From contig CAZPWT010000008.1 of assembly GCA_964590435.1 (NCBI GenBank), positions 83,880-147,879 of the forward strand: a stretch of 64,000 bases of DNA, in the 5' to 3' direction. Below are positions 9,787 through 19,063 of this stretch, piece by piece (positions within the stretch are counted from its first letter, which is position 1; each line of letters opens with the position of its first letter). The position numbers were made by a program, and so were the translations under genes. Source of the DNA: an uncultured Planctomycetia bacterium (GTDB taxonomy: Bacteria; Planctomycetota; MHYJ01; WSZJ01). The notes beneath the pieces were generated by a model, which ran no database searches, was not told the origin of the DNA, and saw only the letters and a program-made list of their open reading frames with translations.

Positions 9787-10209
9787 CTACTCTCCGATCA
9801 CCTTCACGAGCACCCTCTTCGCCCGCCGCCCGTCGAACTCCCCGTAGAAGATCTGCTCCCACGGGCCGAAGTCGAGCTTTCCCTTCGTGATCGCGCACAC
9901 GACTTCGCGCCCCATGATCTGCCGCTTGTGGTGGGCGTCGGCATTGTCCTCGCCGGTGCGGTTGTGGTGGTAGCGATCGGGGGACGCGTCGAACGGCGCG
10001 AGCTGCTCGAGCCAGCGCTTGTAGTCCTCATGCAGGCCGCGCTCGTCGTCGTTGATGAAGACGCTCGCGGTGATGTGCATCGCGTTGACCAGGCAGAGGC
10101 CTTCCTTCACGCCGGATTTCGCGACGACCTGCTCGACCTGGGGAGTGATGTTCAGGAAGTCCATGCGGGCGGGGATGTTGAAAGTGAGGTACTCCGTGGT
10201 GGACTTCAT
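9787..10209 (-). CDS. YjbQ/UPF0047 family protein
   Basis: [65 protein letters not shown] matches UPF0047; start at internal ATG. Confidence 0.8.
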   Translation of the reverse strand: MKSTTEYLTFNIPARMDFLNITPQVEQVVAKSGVKEGLCLVNAMHITASVFINDDERGLHEDYKRWLEQLAPFDASPDRYHHNRTGEDNADAHHKRQIMGREVVCAITKGKLDFGPWEQIFYGEFDGRRAKRVLVKVIGE

Positions 10210-10365
10210 CGGCGTCCTGCCCTCCTTGCGAGTGGTCCTGGCTCCGCCATCGCGGCGGCTTGGGCGGCGGCGGCCGGTTCGCGAATCGCCGAGCTGACAT
10301 AGCATTTCGAACGCTGTCCCTGCCTCGATATACTCTCCCGATCGATTCTATCTCTGGAGTTCACG

Positions 10366-13300
10366 ATGCCGCGCATCTCAGCAGGTCTGCTCCTCGTGGC
10401 GGTCCTTTCACGCTCCGCTTTCGCCCAGCAGTCGCTTCCGGAGGCGAAGCTCAAAGAACTCAAGGAAGCGACCGTCTTCGTCAAGACGGACACTTCCCGG
10501 GTTCATGCCACGGGGTCGGGATTCCTGATCCTGAAGGACGGGGACACAGGTTACGTCGCGACCAATGCGCACGTCGTCGAGGCGCCGGCCGGGGCGAACC
10601 GCGCTGTCACGGTGGTATTCCTGAGCGGGACAAAGGACGAGTATTCCGTCACGGCAACGCCTGTCGGGGAGGACGCGGATCGCGACCTGGCGATCCTGAG
10701 GGTGCAGCGGGCCGGGTTGCCAAAGCCGCTCAGCCTTTCGGCGAAAGCAAAGCTGGTGGAGACCCTGCCGGTCTTCATCCTGGGATTCCCGTTCGGCGAG
10801 GCGCTGGCGACCAGCGAGAAGAGCCCCGCGATCACGATCGGCCGCGGATCGGTGTCGAGCCTCCGGAACGGGGACGACGGCGAGATCGCGATCGTGCAGA
10901 TCGACGGCGACATCAACCACGGCAACAGCGGCGGGCCCATCGTCGACTCTTCCGGCGCCCTCGTGGGGATTACGGTGGCCAAGGTGGAAGGAACCGGGAT
11001 CGGGTTCGCGATCCCGCCGCGGGAGCTGGACGGCATGCTCGCGGGACGGGTGATTTCCGTCGATTTCTCGGAACGATCGAACGGCGCAGGCTCCATCAAG
11101 CTGGAAGCAACCGTCAAGCTGATCGACCCGCTCGGGAAGTGCAAGGGAGTGTCGGTGCTTTTTGTCCCGAAGGCGAAGGCGAACCCGGTGGGAAAGCCGG
11201 ACAAGAACTGCTGGCCGCGGATCGGCCCCGATGCGCTGGAGTTCCAGCTCAAGGTGCAGGGATCGGTCGCGAAGGGCGAGGTCTCGCTGAAGGGGGAACC
11301 GGGAAGCCGCGTCGAGTACCTCCAGCAGCCCCGGTTCCTCGGGGCCGACAGCAAGCCGGTCTTCCTGCAGCCATCGGACTTCGTAGCGGATTTTTCGGGG
11401 GCGCCGGCGGCGGTCAAGCCGGAGAAGCCGGGGGACACGAAGCCGCCGGGAGATTCCGGCGGCGACTGGCTCGGGGGAGGCGACAAGCCGGGGGCCGACA
11501 AGCCGGTGGCCGAAAAGCCGTCCGCCTCGGGCAAGAACCTTGCGGGAAACCGGCGGACCATCCTCGACGCAACGGCAACCGAGATCGCGCTCAACTCCAA
11601 GGACGTCCTGCCGTGCCTCTTCTGGTCATCCGACGGCAAGTTCCTCTTCGCGACGGAGCGGAACGGCACCCTCCGGAAGATCTCATGGCCTGGGCTTGAC
11701 GAGGATCGGTCTCTATCCACGGGAGGGACCTGCGCCTGGGCGGGGCTGACGAAGGAAGGAGTCCTGGTGATCGTGGACTCAATCCAGGAAGGCTGGCTGC
11801 TGGACGCGGGAACGCTGGAAATCCGGCGCAAGTTCCCGGTCGCCGCCTCTCGCCGGTTCGCGTCCTCCCCCGCATCCTCCTACGCCTTCTTCCAGCGCGA
11901 ACGGGACAATCTGGACGCGTTCGACCTGAGGTCCGGGAAGCTCGCGAAGACCTACGTCGACCGTGATGTCGCGGCGCAGGCCCAGAAAATCCGGAAGCAC
12001 AAAGAAGGTGTCGTCCTCTCCGACTTCAATTTCCCCACGCTGACGCCGGACGGGAAGTACCTGTTCTGCATCGGATTTGAATGCATGCACCGCTTCAAGG
12101 TCGACGGCGCGAACCTGGTCTACGAGGAAATGGGGCCGCGGCTGGGCAACAACCCCCAGGGGATCCGGATCAGCAGCGATTCGAAGTACGTTTGCATGCT
12201 CTCGGGCGGGGGCAATTCGAATCCATCCGATCACCCGAAAGCCGGTGGCTACTCGACCTACATCTACAAGGTCTCGGACCTGCTCCAACCGGTAATGTTC
12301 ATCGCCTCCGGCGCCTATCCCCGCACTCTCGATTTCGACAAATCGACCGGCCTCATCTACGCACAGAACTACGAGTGCACCCTCATGACCTTCGGTGCCA
12401 AGGGTGCAAAGGAAAAGGAGTACGCCCTCAAGACGGGAGAGACGTCCCAGATGCTCTCGCACCCGTCCGGCTCCAAGGCGATCGCGCTGACGGAAGCCAA
12501 GCTCTGGGCGATCGAGCTGGGCTCCACCAACGCCCCGGTGGTCGGCGGCGCGAACGCCCCGCAGCCCGTCAAACCCGAGGTCACACCGCCGGCGGCCAAT
12601 GCGGGAGCATTCCTCGACATGCCGGATGCCCTGCAGCCGGCTGCGCGCCTCGCCCTCCGTGCTTCCGTCCCTGCGCTTCATCTCTCGCCCGACGGTGAGT
12701 TCCTCTTTGCCCTCGACATGTCAGAAGGGCGCGTCCTGAAGATCCGGGCCTCCGATCTCGGCATCGCGGCCTCCGCGGAGGTCTCCGCGGACTGCGCCGC
12801 GATGGCGGTCAGCGCGAAGGGCGATCGCCTCTACGTCGCCGCTCGCGGAGCCCGCGCGCAGAGCCAGGGCGACAACCCGAGGTGGAAAGGCCGCCTGACC
12901 GTGTTCGATGCGGCGCTCGCCAAACAGGGAGAGTTCGAGTTCGACGGCGACCCTTACGATCTTGCCGTGACGAATTCGGGCCTTGTCCTCGTCGTCGCCT
13001 ACTCGGATGCAAGCGCCTCGCTGCTGATCGACACGGCGCGCAAAGTGCCTCCCGTGAAGATCGGCTCCTCGCCCACCCACGGCTTCGTCCGCACCCACCC
13101 CGACCAGGCTCGATTCTACTTCGGGACCCTCGCCAGCTCCCCGCGCGACTTCGGCGCGCTCTACCTCACCGGGGACGCAAACACGCCGAACCCGGACCTG
13201 CCGAGCGTGCGGTACTCGAATCGCGGACGCCAGGAATTCGGAGGCCCGTTCGTGATTTCGCCGGACGGATCGCTGCTGTTCGGTTCCCACGGGGCCGTCC

Positions 13301-13626
13301 TCCGCATCGGCGCAGCCCCCGACAGCGGGTTCCAGCCCGCGGGCGTGACCGAACCGTGGCTCGGGGCCGCGAACGCAGCCGGATGGGACAACATGTTCGT
13401 TTCGACCGCCGAGGGATTCGTGAAGAGCATCTCAATGTCCACCCTCGCGACGCTGAAGGCCGTGAAACCCGGCGGAGTCATATCCGCGCTGGCCCTGGAT
13501 GCGAAGAAGCGGATGCTCTACGGGGTCGTGATCGACATCAAGCCGGGGACCGCGACTTTCCCGGAGTACCCTGTCCGTACCTGGCTGGCCGGCGACATCG
13601 TGGCCTGGCCACTGGAGAAAAAATGA
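10366..13626 (+). CDS. Secreted trypsin-like (S1) serine protease fused to a long repeat region
   Basis: Signal peptide; GYVATNAHVV (His), DLAILRV (Asp), NHGNSGGPIVD (Ser) catalytic-triad motifs; about 800 aa of repeat-rich C-terminal sequence (beta-propeller-like, inferred). Confidence 0.8.
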   Translation: MPRISAGLLLVAVLSRSAFAQQSLPEAKLKELKEATVFVKTDTSRVHATGSGFLILKDGDTGYVATNAHVVEAPAGANRAVTVVFLSGTKDEYSVTATPVGEDADRDLAILRVQRAGLPKPLSLSAKAKLVETLPVFILGFPFGEALATSEKSPAITIGRGSVSSLRNGDDGEIAIVQIDGDINHGNSGGPIVDSSGALVGITVAKVEGTGIGFAIPPRELDGMLAGRVISVDFSERSNGAGSIKLEATVKLIDPLGKCKGVSVLFVPKAKANPVGKPDKNCWPRIGPDALEFQLKVQGSVAKGEVSLKGEPGSRVEYLQQPRFLGADSKPVFLQPSDFVADFSGAPAAVKPEKPGDTKPPGDSGGDWLGGGDKPGADKPVAEKPSASGKNLAGNRRTILDATATEIALNSKDVLPCLFWSSDGKFLFATERNGTLRKISWPGLDEDRSLSTGGTCAWAGLTKEGVLVIVDSIQEGWLLDAGTLEIRRKFPVAASRRFASSPASSYAFFQRERDNLDAFDLRSGKLAKTYVDRDVAAQAQKIRKHKEGVVLSDFNFPTLTPDGKYLFCIGFECMHRFKVDGANLVYEEMGPRLGNNPQGIRISSDSKYVCMLSGGGNSNPSDHPKAGGYSTYIYKVSDLLQPVMFIASGAYPRTLDFDKSTGLIYAQNYECTLMTFGAKGAKEKEYALKTGETSQMLSHPSGSKAIALTEAKLWAIELGSTNAPVVGGANAPQPVKPEVTPPAANAGAFLDMPDALQPAARLALRASVPALHLSPDGEFLFALDMSEGRVLKIRASDLGIAASAEVSADCAAMAVSAKGDRLYVAARGARAQSQGDNPRWKGRLTVFDAALAKQGEFEFDGDPYDLAVTNSGLVLVVAYSDASASLLIDTARKVPPVKIGSSPTHGFVRTHPDQARFYFGTLASSPRDFGALYLTGDANTPNPDLPSVRYSNRGRQEFGGPFVISPDGSLLFGSHGAVLRIGAAPDSGFQPAGVTEPWLGAANAAGWDNMFVSTAEGFVKSISMSTLATLKAVKPGGVISALALDAKKRMLYGVVIDIKPGTATFPEYPVRTWLAGDIVAWPLEKK

Positions 13627-14999
13627 GAACACTCGCTGGCTGGCTCCTGCCGCTCCTCCTGTCCGCCTCGGTCGCCAACGCCGATTCCTGGTCGGTTACC
13701 GTCACGATCTCCGACGGGACCGAACTGCGCGGAACCCTGGACGTCGCTTCTTTCAAGGTCGAGGGCGCCCTGGGAGTCCTCGACGTCGACGCGAACAACG
13801 TCGAGATCATCACGGTCGAGGCCGGCAAGGCCCAGATCCGCACCCGGGACGGCTCCACCATCGCCGGAGTTCTCCGCTCCGGTCCCTGGAAGATCATGGC
13901 TTCCGTCGGTACCGTCGAAGTGTCCGCGGACAAGCTCAAGTCGCTTCGGTTCGACGGCATCGCTCCCGCGGGCCGCTCAGTGGAGAATCGTCCTCCCGGG
14001 GGCGCCACCGGCAAGCCGGAGTTGGTCTACAAACCGCCTGCGGAGACCGGGAAGGACATCGTCCTCCCTGCCGACTTCAAGGCGACCGCTTTGGAGGAAA
14101 CCGGCTCCTGGCACCGCGGGGCGGTGCTGTCGCGGAACGGCAGCACCCTCTTCGCCCTCGACGTCCGACTCCGGCGCCTCGTGCTCATTTCGACGTCGGA
14201 CATGAAAGTCACGGGCATCATTGATTCCGGTCTGCCCGACCTCTCCTCCTCGAATTCATCAGCGGATGCTTCCTGCTGGTGCCTTCTGCCCTCCGAGAGC
14301 AAAGCCGTCGTGGCCCAGGGAAGGCAGGTCGCCGTGCTCGACATTGCGAGCCGGAAGTGCGAACGCTCGTTTGGCGTCGAGAAGGAAATCCTGGACCTGG
14401 CGGGCGTCGCGGAGGACGCATGCATTGCGACGACGCCGGATTCGGCCGTTCTTATCGTCCCGTCACGCCAGGCCATCGTGCGCACCTGGAACGGGTCACC
14501 AGGCACTCTGAACATGACCCCGGATCGCGGGAGGATATTCGGCAAGGACGGCTGCTTCGTTGTTGCCTCAAACCCGGCCGACTCCTTCCACATACCCATC
14601 TCTGGGGGAGGTCGCTGGTACTTCCAGCTGGATTTCTCCGGAGACGGCCGCTTCGCGATCGCGTCCGCGGGAACCCTGTATCGCGTCGGGAAGGGAACCG
14701 TGGCCGATCTCGCGCTCGTCGCGGCCCTTCCCGCTCACAATGTCGCGGCGTTCGTGCCGGAGTCGCAGGCGTTTGTCCTGTTTCTTAAGGATGGCGTGGT
14801 GGAAATACGCGACCTCGGCACGTTCGAAGTGCGCAAGTCGCTTCAGGCCCCCTGCGGCGGTCTGGTCGCCGTGGCGGACCCCGCACAGCGATTCGTTTAC
14901 GCCGCCTTTGCCAAGAACTCCTACATCGGCAGCCGCTACTCGGGGTGCCAGAAGGCCTCGGGGCCGGGCAAGTGGTTCAAATTCGAAATCACGAAATAG
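13623..14999 (+). CDS. Secreted hypothetical protein, translationally coupled to the upstream protease
   Basis: ATG 13623 overlaps upstream stop (ATGA); signal peptide MRTLAGWLLPLLLSASVANA; repeat-like C-terminus. Confidence 0.65.
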   Translation: MRTLAGWLLPLLLSASVANADSWSVTVTISDGTELRGTLDVASFKVEGALGVLDVDANNVEIITVEAGKAQIRTRDGSTIAGVLRSGPWKIMASVGTVEVSADKLKSLRFDGIAPAGRSVENRPPGGATGKPELVYKPPAETGKDIVLPADFKATALEETGSWHRGAVLSRNGSTLFALDVRLRRLVLISTSDMKVTGIIDSGLPDLSSSNSSADASCWCLLPSESKAVVAQGRQVAVLDIASRKCERSFGVEKEILDLAGVAEDACIATTPDSAVLIVPSRQAIVRTWNGSPGTLNMTPDRGRIFGKDGCFVVASNPADSFHIPISGGGRWYFQLDFSGDGRFAIASAGTLYRVGKGTVADLALVAALPAHNVAAFVPESQAFVLFLKDGVVEIRDLGTFEVRKSLQAPCGGLVAVADPAQRFVYAAFAKNSYIGSRYSGCQKASGPGKWFKFEITK

Positions 15000-15032
15000 C
15001 GGGCGTCCCGAACCGCGATTTCGGCAGGACCG

Positions 15033-15749
15033 CTATTTCTTCGGCTCTTCCTCGCCTTTCTCTTCCGCGACAGCGAACGCCTCATCCTTGATCTCGCCGT
15101 CGACCGCCATCGCGCTGAACGTGTCCGTCACGCGGTTCTCGACGTCGCCCTTCCTGTCGAGCGTCTCGCGCTTGAGGAGCTCCAGTTTCTCGGCGTCGAT
15201 CCAGAGCGTCATCCGGAGCGCGCTCTTGCCGCGGCTCGCGGTGTAGGCCACGACCTTGACCGTGCGCTCGCCGATCTTCGCGTCCTCGAGGAACCTGAAC
15301 TCCGTGTACTTGCAGGGCGATTTCGACGGCCGGCCGCCGAGCGCCATCGTCAACTCCCGGAGCGGCGCCCGGACCGCAAGCTCGCGTCCCCGGGCCGCAA
15401 GGTCCTCCGGCGCGTCCTCCACCGCCGTCCCGTCCGGGTCGCCCCGCCGCACGCGCTTCCCGTCACAGACCGCCGACAACGAGTACGCGTCCTTGGAGGC
15501 CGGGTCGGCGTCGTCCACATGAAGCGCGACGCGGTTTCCCTCCTTGAACTGGAGCTTGATCGCGAACTTGCGCTTCTCCGCGGCGGAGTCGAGGTCCATC
15601 GTGAACTCCAGCGAGACCGTTTTCGCGGAAGCGATCTTCGCCTCGAGCTTCTTGACGAGCTCCTCGGCGGCGGAGTCGGATTTCGGCGGGGCGGCGTCTT
15701 CCGTGAAGGCGGCTGCGGAGAGGAGAAGGACGAGGCAGAAGGCGCGCAT
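15033..15749 (-). CDS. Secreted hypothetical protein
   Basis: Signal peptide MRAFCLVLLLSAAAF; convergent with upstream operon. Confidence 0.55.
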   Translation of the reverse strand: MRAFCLVLLLSAAAFTEDAAPPKSDSAAEELVKKLEAKIASAKTVSLEFTMDLDSAAEKRKFAIKLQFKEGNRVALHVDDADPASKDAYSLSAVCDGKRVRRGDPDGTAVEDAPEDLAARGRELAVRAPLRELTMALGGRPSKSPCKYTEFRFLEDAKIGERTVKVVAYTASRGKSALRMTLWIDAEKLELLKRETLDRKGDVENRVTDTFSAMAVDGEIKDEAFAVAEEKGEEEPKK

Positions 15750-15841
15750 GCTGGGCTCCATGTACCGGTGATGGCCTCGAACCTATCGAAATCCGCGGGT
15801 GGTGTCTTGCTTTCGGGAGAAGCGTTCGGTTTCCTGACCGG

Positions 15842-16336
15842 GTGACGAAGAAGCGACTCCGGTTCTACCTCGAAACCTCCTTCTGGAGGAGGCTGGCGGA
15901 CGACACATCTCCGCTGCGCCGAAGAGTCTCGTATCGCCTCTATCGCTTCCTCGCCGGTCGTCACGACGTGCTCGTGTCACCGCTCGTCTTCCGGGAACTG
16001 GAGCACACTACTTCCGCTGAGCTTCTCGGTCCGTTGATGCGGCGGCTCCGGAAAGCTCGCCCGGAAGGGCTTGCAGAGACGGCAGCGGTCCGCGAACGGG
16101 CCGCGGCCATCGTCGCCGAAGCGGGATGGGCAGGTGGCATGTGGACCGACGCTCTCCATATTGCTTTTGCTATGATCGGCGCCGCGGACGTGCTGGTGAC
16201 CTGGGACATCGCGGACATCGCCCGGAGGAAGACGCGAAATCTTGTCCGCCGCGTGGCGCGAATCCGCCACGTCGCAACGCCGGAACTCCTGACCCCGATG
16301 GAGACCCTGAAGTGGCTGCACCTCGCGACCCGATGA
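15842..16336 (+). CDS. PIN-like domain protein (putative toxin-like nuclease)
   Basis: GTG start; RFYLETSFW and DALHIAFAMIGAADVLVTWD resemble PIN motifs, but the first acidic residue is Glu rather than Asp. Confidence 0.5.
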   Translation: MTKKRLRFYLETSFWRRLADDTSPLRRRVSYRLYRFLAGRHDVLVSPLVFRELEHTTSAELLGPLMRRLRKARPEGLAETAAVRERAAAIVAEAGWAGGMWTDALHIAFAMIGAADVLVTWDIADIARRKTRNLVRRVARIRHVATPELLTPMETLKWLHLATR

Positions 16337-16584
16337 TGGCGGAACTGAAGGCATACCGCCGCAAGCTCGGCAGGCGCCTCGCGAATGCCGACCGCAATGG
16401 CCGCCTCGCGCAGGAACTTCGCAGCATCTGCCGGTCGGCGACGCGCTGGTACGACGCGCAGATCCAGCGGATGGAGCGCGAAGAGAGGGCGGCCCGGCGG
16501 AGCAGGCGCAGAGCCTCCGCCAGGAGCATCGAGCGACCGCGTCGCGCGCGGGCCGTGGCGCGAGCGCGGAAGAGCAAGGCGTAG
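16333..16584 (+). CDS. Small basic hypothetical protein coupled to the PIN-like gene
   Basis: ATG 16333 overlaps the PIN-like stop (ATGA); 83 aa, Arg-rich C-terminus; could be a spurious high-GC ORF. Confidence 0.35.
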   Translation: MMAELKAYRRKLGRRLANADRNGRLAQELRSICRSATRWYDAQIQRMEREERAARRSRRRASARSIERPRRARAVARARKSKA

Positions 16585-16743
16585 AGTCCCGCGGTGAAGT
16601 CTCCAACGCCATTGGATTTCATCGCGTTCTGGCAGCGCGGCCAGATCGTGGAAGGCGAGTTCCTGCTCCAGGTTTTCGCTGCCTTGAGACCCAGGAACGC
16701 GGTTTCCTTTCTCCGATCAGCGCCTGCTGAAGGCCTGGCGCTG

Positions 16744-18705
16744 ATGCGCACGGCCCTGTTGCTCTTGCTTGCGGTTTCAAACGGGCTTGCCCAGGCCCCC
16801 GCCCCGCTCAAGCTGAACGTCCCGAAGGACCACCCGCGCATCGGGATCTCGTCGGCCGACCTGGACAAGGTCCGCGCGAACATCGCGAACGAGCCGTGGG
16901 CGACGCTGTGGAAGACGGTCGTGGCGAAGTCGCAGGGGACGTGCCGAGGGGCGCTCGACCCGAAGGCGTGCTTCGGCGGCGCGAGCGGGCAGGGCGCGCG
17001 GTTCACGGTCACCGAGGCGCTGGAGTGCGTGGCGCTTCACGCGCTTGTCGGGAAGGACGCGGCGGCGGCGAAGGCGCTCTCGGACTTCTTCGAAGCGTGG
17101 GACCCGTCGTCGCTCGAGAAGGACATCGGCGACACGGACTTCATGTCGAGCGGGGAGTTCTTCGAAGGGCTCGCGGTGGTGCTCGACTGGACGTGGGACC
17201 TGCTCTCGGTAAAGGGCCGCGCCGGGCTCCGCGCGATCGTCGAGCGGCGCGCGAAGCACAACTACGACGGGTTCCTCGGCAAGAAGTCCTGGGAGGCCAC
17301 GACCGACGCGAACAATCACTCGATGGCGTCGATGGGGGCGCTCGGGCTCGCGGCGGTCGCGCTGTGGCACGAGAACCCGGACGCGCCGAAATGGGCCGGG
17401 CTCGTGAAGGCGAAGATGGACTCCTACCTCGCGTCCTCCTTCGACCCCGACGGCGCCTGCTACGAAGGCACGATGTACGGCCCCTTCGGCCTCTTCCGCA
17501 TCCTCCCCTTCTCCGATTGCTGCGCCCGATTCGGCGCCGGCGACGCGATGCAGGCCCTTCTCCCGAAGGTCATCACGCAGCTCGCAAACGAGCTGACCCC
17601 CGGCCGCGACCGCATGCTCCCGATCAACGACACCGACGGGAACTTCCTGCCGTGGGGCGGGACGCTCTTCCTGTATGACGCAGTGCGTCATGAATCCCCG
17701 CTCTCGCGCTGGATGTGGACGGACCTGTCGAGGCGCCAGGCCGGCAACGGCGGGCACACGTGGGCGTTCGCGGTGCTGTGGGAGGACGGCAAGGAGGGGG
17801 GCAAGCCGCCGGAGAAGAAGGTCGCGGTGACGAAGGGGCGCGGCACGCTCACCGTCCGCACCGGCTGGGAGAAAGCCGATTTCCTCGCGGCGTTCGAGTG
17901 CGGGAAGCGGATCCCGGGGTGTCACGGGCAGTCGGACGTCGGGCATTTCCTGCTTTACGCGAAGGGCCGCTGCCTCGCCGCGGACACGGGGTACTCGAAC
18001 GAGGCGGAGGAGGGGAAGCCGCAGCAGTCGATCGGGCACAACCTCGTGCTCGTGGACGGCAAGGGAGAGGTGCTGACGGGCGGCGGTCAGGTCACCGAGG
18101 GAAAGCTCGTCCAGTGGGAGGCGCGGAAGACCCTCGTCTGGGCGCAGGCCGACCTCACCGGCGCCTTCGCGCAGAAGGCGTACAACCCGATGGCCGTCGC
18201 GACGCGCTGCTTCATCGTCCTCACCGGCCCCGACCCGTACGTCGTCGTCGCAGACGCGTTCGTGAAGGACGCGAAGGACCACGAGTACACGTGGCTGATG
18301 CACGGCAACGCCGACTCGAAGTTCGACCTCGCAAAGGACCGGGCGACGCATCTCGCCGGCGACGCCGCCCTCGACGTGGTCCCGTGCCTGCTCGACAAGG
18401 AGACGCCCGCCTTCGAAACGAAGAAGTTCCCCAGCGGCAATTTCGGCGAGCACGACATGCTCCGAGTGACCGTGAAGGCCAAGCGATGGCTCGGGCTCAC
18501 CGTGCTCGCTCCGAGGTCTTCCGCGGATCCTGCCGCCGAAGTGAAGCGGGAAATCAAGAGCGGCAAACTCGTCGTCACGGTGACGCGGGGCGGGGCGAAG
18601 GACGAGGTCACGCTGACCGCGAACCCTAATGGCGGGATCGCTTCTATCCGGGTGGTCCGGACCCTCGACGGCAAGCCGATCGCGGAGGATCTGAAGCTGA
18701 AGTAG
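16744..18705 (+). CDS. Heparinase II/III-like family protein (putative polysaccharide lyase)
   Basis: Signal peptide at internal Met (MRTALLLLLAVSNGLAQA); HGQSDVGHFLLYAKG resembles the heparinase II/III His-rich motif; ORF opens at 16594. Confidence 0.55.
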   Translation: MRTALLLLLAVSNGLAQAPAPLKLNVPKDHPRIGISSADLDKVRANIANEPWATLWKTVVAKSQGTCRGALDPKACFGGASGQGARFTVTEALECVALHALVGKDAAAAKALSDFFEAWDPSSLEKDIGDTDFMSSGEFFEGLAVVLDWTWDLLSVKGRAGLRAIVERRAKHNYDGFLGKKSWEATTDANNHSMASMGALGLAAVALWHENPDAPKWAGLVKAKMDSYLASSFDPDGACYEGTMYGPFGLFRILPFSDCCARFGAGDAMQALLPKVITQLANELTPGRDRMLPINDTDGNFLPWGGTLFLYDAVRHESPLSRWMWTDLSRRQAGNGGHTWAFAVLWEDGKEGGKPPEKKVAVTKGRGTLTVRTGWEKADFLAAFECGKRIPGCHGQSDVGHFLLYAKGRCLAADTGYSNEAEEGKPQQSIGHNLVLVDGKGEVLTGGGQVTEGKLVQWEARKTLVWAQADLTGAFAQKAYNPMAVATRCFIVLTGPDPYVVVADAFVKDAKDHEYTWLMHGNADSKFDLAKDRATHLAGDAALDVVPCLLDKETPAFETKKFPSGNFGEHDMLRVTVKAKRWLGLTVLAPRSSADPAAEVKREIKSGKLVVTVTRGGAKDEVTLTANPNGGIASIRVVRTLDGKPIAEDLKLK

Positions 18706-18801
18706 CATTCGCCGCGCACGCCGCACCGCGAGGTATCCGGAATGCGGTGGAACTTCCCCTCGCCCGGCAGCGTCCCGGCGTGCCGTGAAATTCAAGACCG
18801 G

Positions 18802-19062
18802 TCATTCCTCTGTCCGGGTTCCGTTAGCATCTCGGGCCTGTCGCGCGGCCCATTCCAGCGCAACCCGAACGGCTTCTACTGATTTCAACGTCGGGTACGC
18901 GGCCACCACCTGCGTCATGCTCATCCCGCGGGCAATGGAATGCTGGATCAGCCGCACCTCGATTCGAGTCCCGTCCACACGAGGACGGCCGCCGCACGTT
19001 CCGCGCGTTGCGACAATCCCGATGGCAGCGACCGGTTTTTTTCCTGCTTCCATCCGCGTCAC
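18802..19062 (-). CDS. DUF433-like small protein
   Basis: GGRPRVDGTRIEV..YPTLK..ALEWA pattern; GTG at 19062 sits 1 nt after the TPR gene stop, alternative ATG at 19053. Confidence 0.55.
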   Translation of the reverse strand: MTRMEAGKKPVAAIGIVATRGTCGGRPRVDGTRIEVRLIQHSIARGMSMTQVVAAYPTLKSVEAVRVALEWAARQARDANGTRTEE

Positions 19063-19063
19063 T

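Noticed and set aside
16594-16743. N-terminal extension of the heparinase-like ORF
   Set aside because: A signal peptide begins at the internal Met at 16744; the preceding 50 residues overlap the end of the upstream small ORF and look non-native.
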